The position numbers and the translations under genes were made by a program. Shown here one piece after another: positions 1-7,378 of a stretch of DNA of 64,000 bases. Under the pieces are notes generated by a model. The model was not told the origin of the DNA. It saw only the letters and a list, made by a program, of their open reading frames with translations, and did not search any database. Numbering within the stretch: the stretch's first letter is position 1; each line of letters starts with the position of its first letter. The stretch covers positions 75,715-139,714 of the forward strand of contig JACJVW010000002.1 of NCBI GenBank assembly GCA_020637435.1, written 5' to 3'. The DNA is from Candidatus Woesearchaeota archaeon (GTDB lineage: Archaea; Nanobdellota; Nanobdellia; Woesearchaeales; JACJVW01).

Positions 1-2
1 CC

Positions 3-95
3 AAAGGAACAGTGGTTGACACTGAGAAAGGCAAGGTGAAGATTACTTCAAGACCTGGCCAGGACCCGATACTTAACGGCGTTTTTGTCGCTTAA
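3..95 (+). CDS. rps8e: C-terminal fragment of 30S ribosomal protein S8e; the gene runs off the left edge
   Basis: Frame 3 reads KGTVVDTEKGKVKITSRPGQDPILNGVFVA*. The TSRPGQD...N.V tail matches my recollection of the archaeal S8e C-terminus. A T6 run follows at 97-102. Confidence 0.5.
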   Translation, partial: KGTVVDTEKGKVKITSRPGQDPILNGVFVA

Positions 96-100
96 ATTTT

Positions 101-319
101 TTATTTAGCTTCTGACCACTTAATGTGGCAACTTTCTAAGGTCATATTTTCCTGATAAAAATACTTTACACAATAGTTTGAATAGCTGCTTTGATTTATG
201 CAACTCTGACCATGCCGCTCATTATATGTTTCTATGCATTGCGAACAACAGCTTAACTGCTCCATCCCATGATTGAAGCATCCTACCAGGAATAAAAGAG
301 ACAGCAAAATGACCTTCAT
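101..319 (-). CDS. Small Cys-rich putative lipoprotein (hypothetical)
   Basis: 72 aa with a hydrophobic N-terminus ending in a lipobox-like LVGC. It has 7 Cys in total. Its start overlaps the stop of the upstream glucosidase gene by 4 nt. Confidence 0.35.
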   Translation of the reverse strand: MKVILLSLLFLVGCFNHGMEQLSCCSQCIETYNERHGQSCINQSSYSNYCVKYFYQENMTLESCHIKWSEAK

Positions 320-1998
320 TTGAAGATCTCATGCATGAGTTCAATGAAAAGGGCATTGCTCCACAACTGTGAGAGGCATCCGTCACTGCTTTGGACTGAT
401 GCACTGCTGACCTCAGCGTGACAACCGATAACACCGCTTTTTAGGATCTCCCTGGCACTGCCTTCAAGTATATCATAGATCTCCTTTTGAAATTCGCCAG
501 GAGAGATACGATGCATAGCGATTGCAGCCATATTGTTCACATAGTACCAGGAGTCACCGCGGTGATAGCTGCGATTATCCTCCCCTGTATATGTAGCACA
601 GAAAAGGTGATGTTTCTTATCGATAGTCGCAAGACCACCCCAGGAAAGCCACAATGCAGATAGAGCATTCCTGAAGACTTTTTTCCACTCCTCTTTTGAC
701 AAGAGCTCGGGATACACGTACGCTGCTATGAAAACATTCGGCCGTTGGGTGAAATCACCTTTTCCATCAGCGAGCCTTCCTCCATCGAAGAAATCAGCAC
801 GAACACGAGCCTTAAGCTCATCTTCCATACGTTTATATTTATGGTTCTTTGTGATGCCGAACATTACATGGAACATCTGCAGGAACAATGCCTGGATCTC
901 TATCCTGAACCCCTCCCGGTGATCATTACCAGCAGTGGTATCCATCCACGTTTCGTTCGAAGCGTTGTACGCGAGTCCCTCTCGCATATGATGTCGTGCA
1001 AGGTTATTGCACGCAATCTCCAGATTGTCAAGGAATTTCCCGTAGTCTGCTCCGGAAAGATGACGATCGACACGCGTGTACGCTTTGTGCATATAATCTC
1101 CATAGCGCTTAAAGAGCCAACCTATAGCATCAGCGCTCGCCAGGTCTGAATGAGGATACCTGTTAGGTAGCCTTCCATCCGACTGTATCAGATCAAGATA
1201 TCTGTCAAGCACGCCAAGCGCTTCATCAAACCTACCACTCTCCATAAGACCTATCACAGAGATAAGTTCATCGCGTGACCAGTACTGGAAAAACCATGGA
1301 AGCCCCGCGAACTGCTTCGCCCCATTCACGATAAGCTGGTCATACGCAAACAAAGCGCTCCGGTATGCATCAGTGTAATGTTTTGATACTTTTCTGCCGT
1401 GACAGACGCTTATCGTATACTGTACTGCCTTCTTCTCCAAGAGAGGAAGCTTGTTACAGACAAGATTATTTTCCCGTATAGCACGTTCAAGATCGTGTCC
1501 GAACGTCATGACCAGCTGCTTCGCCTTAGTTTTGAGTGCCCGATACACATAAAGATCCTCTTGATGAGGATTTCTCTTTTTATCAGCTGAGTATGCAGTC
1601 TGCTCCCAAAGGCCTATAGTCTCAAAAGCGAGGTCATCTTTCTTGATGACCAGATAGATAGGTTCTTTGCCGTTTTGTGCATAAGTAATGATGACATAAC
1701 CATTTGTTTCTTCTATAGCATAATCTCTGCCAAATTTTGGCAGGTCATAGCTTTCACGCATATCCAGTACAAGTTCAATGTCTGTAGCTTCAGAGACTTC
1801 GTAGATAAGGGCATTCGCCCCTATCGGCATATAGAACATCTCGCGCAGTTTGCCCCTTGTTCGAAAAGTGCGCCACAATTCATGATTGATAGAATTAACT
1901 TCAGGTGAGACCCTGATCTCATCGATGACCTTGAACATACGGTCATTCTCGTAGAAGAAAGCACCATTGTATCTGCTATCGGCTCGCGCGCCGAACAT
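316..1998 (-). CDS. Glycogen debranching enzyme-type amylo-alpha-1,6-glucosidase (GDE_C family)
   Basis: 560 aa. Motifs GLPWFFQYWSRDELIS, ETWMDT...REGFRIEIQALF and HRGDSWYYVNN resemble the conserved (alpha/alpha)6 barrel blocks of archaeal GDE_C proteins. Confidence 0.75.
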   Translation of the reverse strand: MFGARADSRYNGAFFYENDRMFKVIDEIRVSPEVNSINHELWRTFRTRGKLREMFYMPIGANALIYEVSEATDIELVLDMRESYDLPKFGRDYAIEETNGYVIITYAQNGKEPIYLVIKKDDLAFETIGLWEQTAYSADKKRNPHQEDLYVYRALKTKAKQLVMTFGHDLERAIRENNLVCNKLPLLEKKAVQYTISVCHGRKVSKHYTDAYRSALFAYDQLIVNGAKQFAGLPWFFQYWSRDELISVIGLMESGRFDEALGVLDRYLDLIQSDGRLPNRYPHSDLASADAIGWLFKRYGDYMHKAYTRVDRHLSGADYGKFLDNLEIACNNLARHHMREGLAYNASNETWMDTTAGNDHREGFRIEIQALFLQMFHVMFGITKNHKYKRMEDELKARVRADFFDGGRLADGKGDFTQRPNVFIAAYVYPELLSKEEWKKVFRNALSALWLSWGGLATIDKKHHLFCATYTGEDNRSYHRGDSWYYVNNMAAIAMHRISPGEFQKEIYDILEGSAREILKSGVIGCHAEVSSASVQSSDGCLSQLWSNALFIELMHEIFK

Positions 1999-2088
1999 GG
2001 CATATCCTCCAATCCTATTTGTCAGCAGAAACTTCTCAGCGACGATTTCCCAGCACCTCTTTTAAGGTAAAAATCCCTTTAAGAGTAT

Positions 2089-2628
2089 TTAAATGTTGTC
2101 TATCGCCGCTTCGTACAGCTGGAACATGACCTCTCCCTGCTGAGCGTATCTGTCGCGGACTATACGCATGGTATCCAGTGATTCCTCCATATCCTGCTTA
2201 TCACGGACAAGAATCTCCTCAAAAGCCACAAATCCTGCACCCTGCGTGCTGCCGAACATATACGTCCTTTGCGGTTGGACTGATACTTCATTGTCGAGCG
2301 CGATAGCCTCAAGGACAAAATACCCCCTGCGAGCATCATCATACATCAGTCCAAGATCAAGTGAACAAGCGGCAAGGCTGCTCTTAAGGTCATCCTGTTG
2401 ATACTCCTTGTACATCAGACCCATCCCTTTGCTTAATAGTGAAGAATTTATCAGGTATGATTTGAGAAGATTTAATGCCAGATAATCATGAAGAGCATGG
2501 AATATAGTTCTGCGTTCTTCATCAGTCGTCTCTACTGCCGCTTTGAACAGATATGGTTCCACTTTTGAATGGTTGCAGTTACCGCTATTTAAGTGTTTAC
2601 CATTCAATACCACGTCTGACAAATTCAT
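2089..2628 (-). CDS. Hypothetical protein, distant paralog of the upstream 160-aa ORF
   Basis: 179-aa ORF and last gene of the HIT operon. It overlaps the upstream stop by 32 nt. Its C-terminal half follows the same pattern as its neighbour (LMYDDARRGY..VSVQPQR..F.S..G....EEILVRD). Confidence 0.5.
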   Translation of the reverse strand: MNLSDVVLNGKHLNSGNCNHSKVEPYLFKAAVETTDEERRTIFHALHDYLALNLLKSYLINSSLLSKGMGLMYKEYQQDDLKSSLAACSLDLGLMYDDARRGYFVLEAIALDNEVSVQPQRTYMFGSTQGAGFVAFEEILVRDKQDMEESLDTMRIVRDRYAQQGEVMFQLYEAAIDNI

Positions 2629-3079
2629 CCAATAATCGGTCGCCAGCGATGCGATACGCTTTTTTCACTTGAGACAGATAGTAGTTCGCCGCCATGACAG
2701 AATCAGCGTCTCTGATGATAGAGCGTTCAATGACCGTCTTGACACCGCGGTCAAAAGAGATAAATTTGAATTGCCTTCTTGGTACCGCTCCTACTCGTGC
2801 GTCAAGTGACACCGATGCAGTAAGACAGTAAGACACAGAATTGTTGTATGCATCGTCAAATGTGAAAGCTAGTTCAAAATACGCGACAGCAAGCTCGTGA
2901 AGAGCCTTCTCCTGGTCAGCCCCATCATAAAGCTTATCATATCCTTGTGCAAGAAGGTGTATATTTGTAAGATATGATGCGTAAAGTCCTACTGTGCGGT
3001 TTGAGATAAAATCCTTTAGATATCTGTCCAGTCCGTGACCCTCATCAACAGTTGTCAGATGGACTTCCAGCGACTCCAT
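2597..3079 (-). CDS. Hypothetical protein, paralog of 2089-2628
   Basis: 160-aa ORF lying 1 nt downstream of the HIT-like gene. It has a FTFDDAYNNS..VGAVPRR..F.SFDRG....ERSIIRD pattern. Confidence 0.5.
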   Translation of the reverse strand: MESLEVHLTTVDEGHGLDRYLKDFISNRTVGLYASYLTNIHLLAQGYDKLYDGADQEKALHELAVAYFELAFTFDDAYNNSVSYCLTASVSLDARVGAVPRRQFKFISFDRGVKTVIERSIIRDADSVMAANYYLSQVKKAYRIAGDRLLDEFVRRGIEW

Positions 3080-3080
3080 C

Positions 3081-3554
3081 CTAGGGTAGTCTCCTCAGCT
3101 GCTTTATCAGATAATTATCATCAGTCTCAGTCATCTTTTTCATCTCGGGATGCGGTACTCTTGGTTGTTCCTTCTCCTTTCCTATGAAGAATGTCTGGTC
3201 CTTTATCTTAGACATGACCTCTTCAAGCTCTGCTGGTTGTGCCTGGCTAGGCTCCCACTTAAACGGCAGTCCATCATTCTCCCTTCTGGGTACAACATGG
3301 AGTTCAACTTCACCGCTCAGTGAATTTGTGTTCTCCCCCTCATGGAGGATTATATTTGTACCACCCGTACCCCCGAGAGCTTCAAAAACAGCTGTTGCCG
3401 CGTAACTAGCGACATAAAAGAGATGCACCAGATCGTCTTCTGGAACACTTGCAAGACTGATAGGATGAGCGCTATGTTTTACGATGATATGCCCCTCCGC
3501 CATCGGAGTGACCGCAAGCTCTGCGATCGCCTTCTCATCTTCATAGATCTTCAT
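3081..3554 (-). CDS. HIT-fold protein with a degenerate histidine triad
   Basis: 157 aa with a HIT-like layout (AEGHIIVK..., GGTNIILHEG). The triad position reads E-V-E-L-H-V-V-P-R, so only the third His is kept. Confidence 0.65.
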   Translation of the reverse strand: MKIYEDEKAIAELAVTPMAEGHIIVKHSAHPISLASVPEDDLVHLFYVASYAATAVFEALGGTGGTNIILHEGENTNSLSGEVELHVVPRRENDGLPFKWEPSQAQPAELEEVMSKIKDQTFFIGKEKEQPRVPHPEMKKMTETDDNYLIKQLRRLP

Positions 3555-4652
3555 CTATTTCACCAAATCACTTATATCTCCGGATAGTATTTTTTCTTTT
3601 TCCCGCTCCTGATACGCTTTTACCAGAGCATCAACATCTGTGTCCCTAAAGATCTCCTGCAACTGAGGTAACTCAGCTATCTTAGACTTGAGTTGGTCAG
3701 CTTCATGAAGGACCAGATGCTTCAATTTTGGATTCTCATCAATAGTTTTGAACATCTCCTTAAATGAAGGGGTTAAGTTCAACGAATCAGGATGGTCGGG
3801 AGTTGATGGTGCGGCATTTTCAGCAACCTCCGGCATCTCACGTGACTCTCCTTCCTTAATGTCGGGTCTGTAGTGCCGTATGACATCGAAAACATCCACC
3901 TTCTCGAAGATCTGCTTAAGTTGGGGATGCTGAGTCATCTGCCTCGCGAACTCCAGCGGATCCTTATCGATCATCGTCTTCAGGTCAGGATGCTGCTCGA
4001 CAAGCGCGATGACATCCTGTATGTTCATCATAGGTTCTTGCGTTGCAGGAGGCTTAGGAGTCTGTTGCGAAAGTGGTGCAGAGTGTACTTCCGCAGAAGG
4101 TGACGGCGAAAGGTGATGCTCAGACGATTGTCGTGCTTGTTTCGGATGAGCCCCATGCCAGTTTACCGAATGACGCTTAAAGTGTTGAGCCATCATAAGC
4201 GGCAGATTCTGCCGAACAGTCTGCACAAGCGGCGTCTCTGTCAATTGACCCTTTCCCTTCACTTGAAAATTTGAGATACCATCTCCCTGCTCCCTCGGGA
4301 TGATATGGTACATGAAATGCGATGCCATCTGACCCGCCACATACCCGTTCGCGACAAATGTGGTTGTTCCGGTCATCAAGAGCCCTTTCCTAAGCGACGC
4401 GCACAGTTCCTTTGCCTTTCCAAACACATGTGAGAATGTCTGAGGCGGAAGAAGGGGCATGATAGGATAGTGCTCCTTTGGCATCACCAGGATATGACCC
4501 TTGCGTACAGGGTTAATATCAAGGATCGCAACGCACAGGTCATCCTCATAGACCTTCTTCGAGGGGATCTCCCCCTTGACGATCTTGCAGAAGATACACT
4601 GAGCTTTCTGCTCTTCTATCGCTTTGCGCTGTTCTTCACTCAACTCAGGCAT
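3555..4652 (-). CDS. HIT-fold protein (degenerate triad) with a long C-terminal helical-repeat extension
   Basis: 365 aa. The N-terminus CIFCKIV.GEIPS.KVYEDD..VAILDINP...GHILVMPKEH is classic HIT. The triad reads H-F-M-Y-H-I-I-P-R, with the middle His replaced by Met. The C-terminal ~150 aa contains two ~50-aa repeats. A TTTTTATA box starts 30 nt upstream of the ATG. Confidence 0.75.
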   Translation of the reverse strand: MPELSEEQRKAIEEQKAQCIFCKIVKGEIPSKKVYEDDLCVAILDINPVRKGHILVMPKEHYPIMPLLPPQTFSHVFGKAKELCASLRKGLLMTGTTTFVANGYVAGQMASHFMYHIIPREQGDGISNFQVKGKGQLTETPLVQTVRQNLPLMMAQHFKRHSVNWHGAHPKQARQSSEHHLSPSPSAEVHSAPLSQQTPKPPATQEPMMNIQDVIALVEQHPDLKTMIDKDPLEFARQMTQHPQLKQIFEKVDVFDVIRHYRPDIKEGESREMPEVAENAAPSTPDHPDSLNLTPSFKEMFKTIDENPKLKHLVLHEADQLKSKIAELPQLQEIFRDTDVDALVKAYQEREKEKILSGDISDLVK

Positions 4653-4829
4653 ACGCCTGTGAAGGCAAATCGACTATAAAAAAGTGTGGATTGTTAAGAA
4701 GGATTATGCTGCTTATCGTGCCATTCATATGTGAACCGTCTAAATGGAATCATAAAACATTTTACCAAAACTACTCAGTCTATCTTCATCCTTCCATTCA
4801 AAAATAATTCAAAAAATTGAAAAATTGGT

Positions 4830-5519
4830 CTAATGCAGATTATAGCTTTCTCTAAACCTTGTGTCGTAGCTCTGATTTGCTACACCCTGAGCCAGTTTAT
4901 CGGCAAATTCTCTGTTGCCTATGACATCCAAACCTACATCGTAACCGAATCCTCGTTTGCCAAGTTTGTCCTTGACAAAGCTTGCAAGTTTCTGTCGTCC
5001 AGCTGCATCTTCGATCTCATAACCAAGTTTTCTGTTGGCTTCCTGAGCAACCGCTCCTTGCCTATCACTGGTCGCATAGTTGACCATTGTGCTTATCGCT
5101 TCGTATGCCCTGCCATCAAGTGTTAAATCAGTACGAAGCGACTGCAACAGACGTTCATTTAGCCCAAGAAGGGAACTCGCTTGCTGAAAGATCATATCCC
5201 TTTTTGTCGAGGCATCCATACCTTTCATAGCTGATTGCATGCCCTGGTAGAACTCTGGACTCACTTGCTCAAGAGCCGTCTGAAGAAAACCGACCATTAC
5301 TGAATCTGCAGCTTCTCTATCACCTTTCTTGATTGTTGTACTTCCAAGCTTACCCATGTACTTCATTGAAGCATTGTTCATCAATCCGACTAGACCACCG
5401 TCGTTTTCAGAACGGTACGAAGCGATATTTCGTTTTCTGATAGCATCCTCCTCAACCTCTTTGAGAAGACCTTCATACTTCTTGACATCTTTATCCGTTA
5501 TTGCGACTTCAAGTCCCAT
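4830..5519 (-). CDS. Hypothetical helical protein
   Basis: I chose the internal ATG at 5519 (MGLEVAITDK...). It sits 1 nt after the upstream stop and is preceded by AAGGAGG (reverse complement of 5529-5535). The longer ORF to 5621 would overlap the upstream gene by ~100 nt. Confidence 0.5.
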   Translation of the reverse strand: MGLEVAITDKDVKKYEGLLKEVEEDAIRKRNIASYRSENDGGLVGLMNNASMKYMGKLGSTTIKKGDREAADSVMVGFLQTALEQVSPEFYQGMQSAMKGMDASTKRDMIFQQASSLLGLNERLLQSLRTDLTLDGRAYEAISTMVNYATSDRQGAVAQEANRKLGYEIEDAAGRQKLASFVKDKLGKRGFGYDVGLDVIGNREFADKLAQGVANQSYDTRFRESYNLH

Positions 5520-5520
5520 T

Positions 5521-5796
5521 TTATTTTCCTCCTTTGCCAGAGTATGAACTCTTGGCAGATGTTCCATACGAGCCTCTACCACCGTAATTCTTTCCAAACA
5601 ATCCGGTATAACCCTTTCCATACGACTTCATACTTCCATGAGCTGTGCCGTAAGATGTTTTTGTCTTCTGGTATCCCGTCTGTTTGTGATAGTCTGTAGA
5701 CAATGTCTGATAATCTCCCAAGCTTAAAGACAAGTAACTGCCTTTCTGTTGCACATACATTCTGATGAGTTCCTCAAGAGTCTGTTCGTCAAGCAT
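5521..5796 (-). CDS. Small protein with a G/S/Y/K-rich low-complexity tail
   Basis: 91 aa. A structured N-terminal ~35 aa is followed by repeated SYG/GKGY/GGRGSYG-type motifs. It appears translationally coupled to 4830-5519. Confidence 0.45.
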   Translation of the reverse strand: MLDEQTLEELIRMYVQQKGSYLSLSLGDYQTLSTDYHKQTGYQKTKTSYGTAHGSMKSYGKGYTGLFGKNYGGRGSYGTSAKSSYSGKGGK

Positions 5797-5882
5797 ACAT
5801 ATCCACTAGTGAAGAATACGCAAGATTCAATTATAAACATGATTAGGGATAAGTTGTAAGGTTGCGGACAAAAATATCCAGA

Positions 5883-5890
5883 TTTATAAA
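5883..5890 (+). promoter_or_regulatory. TATA box, leaderless MscS promoter
   Basis: The first T of TTTATAAA is exactly 30 nt upstream of the ATG at 5913. Confidence 0.5.
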
Positions 5891-5912
5891 TTGGAAAGGA
5901 TTTTATACCCAA

Positions 5913-6719
5913 ATGAAGTTTATAAGAAGCATGTTCATGGCACTGATTGTCCTGGCTCTCATTTTCATCTACAACTTTTATGACCTGTTGATAGATGAGA
6001 TTCTCATCATCGATAAGCTGCTCATCGTCGCTATCGCCTACTGCGTCATCGACCTTGCCTTCCATATCATCAGACATACACTCATCGCCCTGTATAACAA
6101 GAATGAGGCACATCCTCATCCTAATATGACACTAGGTATCAAGAGCATCAGTTATTTCCTGCAGTATTTCATGTTCATTTTGTACCTGGTCAATACCCTC
6201 TTCATCAATATCAAAGACCTGCTTACCTCCATCAGTATAGTAGCTGTAGCCATCGTACTCATTTTCAGGGAACATATTGTCAATTTCATAAACGGCATCG
6301 TCCTTATGTTCACTACAGGCATCAGTATCGGTGACGTCATCCAGATAGGAGACCACAGAGGAAAAGTAAAGACTATCTCCTTCCAGTATGTCGAGCTTGC
6401 GGATGACACAGGAGAGACCGTATTTCTCCCCAACAACACCATCTTTACAAAGGAGTTTCGCAACTATTCCAAAGAGAGGACCAACACCATACAATTGACC
6501 GTCAGGCTCAAAAGAACGAAGAATGACCTTAAGAAGTTCAAAGTTAATCTTCGAAAACTCATCGATTCGGAATTCAAGGACCAGACTACAAGCTCCAAAG
6601 TCATAACCACCATGGTGGATAAAGACTTCATCGAGACCAAAGTCCTGGTCAACGTTAAGAAGTATAATATGACCCTTGAGGATCAGCTAAAAAACAGGAT
6701 AAAAGAGATAGCGATCTAA
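5913..6719 (+). CDS. Small-conductance mechanosensitive channel (MscS family)
   Basis: TM helices are followed by ISIGDVIQIGDHRGKVKTISFQYVELADDTGETVFLPNNTIF, the MscS beta-domain signature. I chose the ATG at 5913 because TTTATAAA (5883-5890) starts exactly 30 nt upstream. The track ORF starts at a TTG at 5862. Confidence 0.75.
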   Translation: MKFIRSMFMALIVLALIFIYNFYDLLIDEILIIDKLLIVAIAYCVIDLAFHIIRHTLIALYNKNEAHPHPNMTLGIKSISYFLQYFMFILYLVNTLFINIKDLLTSISIVAVAIVLIFREHIVNFINGIVLMFTTGISIGDVIQIGDHRGKVKTISFQYVELADDTGETVFLPNNTIFTKEFRNYSKERTNTIQLTVRLKRTKNDLKKFKVNLRKLIDSEFKDQTTSSKVITTMVDKDFIETKVLVNVKKYNMTLEDQLKNRIKEIAI

Positions 6720-7087
6720 TCCTTCTTCTCTTTCATCTTTTTAGTGATGTCGATGTTTGCTCCACAGTCAGTGCACTGGACTCGATAAGTAGGTACACCC
6801 TTAATCGTCTTCCTTTTGTACATGCCTGTAGTTTCGCCATCTTTACCGCAGGATGGACATGTGTACGCAACACACAATGTTAATGTTGGTTCATACTCCT
6901 CCTTATCGACAGAGTAACTGCACTCAGGACACACATATTCCTTGGCACGCATCTTCACCTTGCCCTTTTCAACAGGCTTACCCATGAGACCCTTTCCGCA
7001 TTTTGGGCACCTCTCTTTGAAGACCCATGCACGAGCATGTCCACCCTCGGCAAGATCCCTATTAGTAAAATAACAAACTTCATCCAT
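6716..7087 (-). CDS. Double zinc-ribbon protein (4 x CxxC)
   Basis: CPKC, CPEC, CPSC and CTDC are spaced ~22-25 aa apart, giving two ribbon units. I chose the ATG at 7087 (MDEVCYF...); the longer ORF begins at a TTG at 7105. Confidence 0.5.
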   Translation of the reverse strand: MDEVCYFTNRDLAEGGHARAWVFKERCPKCGKGLMGKPVEKGKVKMRAKEYVCPECSYSVDKEEYEPTLTLCVAYTCPSCGKDGETTGMYKRKTIKGVPTYRVQCTDCGANIDITKKMKEKKD

Positions 7088-7111
7088 ACTTTCTGGTTGA
7101 CGCAAAGCAAA

Positions 7112-7345
7112 TCACCTCGTCTTATTCACTGACTTCGTCTCATTGGTTTCTGGAAGCCATTCCTGATGTGTGACCAAGCCGGTCACTTCTTTAAGATTAC
7201 CGAACAACTGACCGACCCACTTAAAGAACTTTACGATAAAATTCTTTTGGTCATCCTTCTCTTCAAAATCAAAATCATATGCAGTCTTGATAGTGTATGC
7301 TCCAAACACAAGAAAAGCAACTACAATCCAGAATAGTTTACTCAT
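7112..7345 (-). CDS. Small single-pass membrane protein (hypothetical)
   Basis: 77 aa with an N-terminal TM helix (LFWIVVAFLVFGAYTI). It lies between the ParB-like gene and the Zn-ribbon gene on the same strand. Confidence 0.4.
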   Translation of the reverse strand: MSKLFWIVVAFLVFGAYTIKTAYDFDFEEKDDQKNFIVKFFKWVGQLFGNLKEVTGLVTHQEWLPETNETKSVNKTR

Positions 7346-7378
7346 AGTTTCACCTGGAGATGTAGAGACGCAGCCGGT

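Noticed and set aside
5724-6494. Minus-strand ORFs of 131, 120 and 103 aa overlapping the MscS gene, including a very acidic stretch.
   Set aside because: The plus-strand frame carries the MscS signature and a -30 TATA. The antisense ORFs lack promoter or Shine-Dalgarno signals and look like mirror-frame artefacts.
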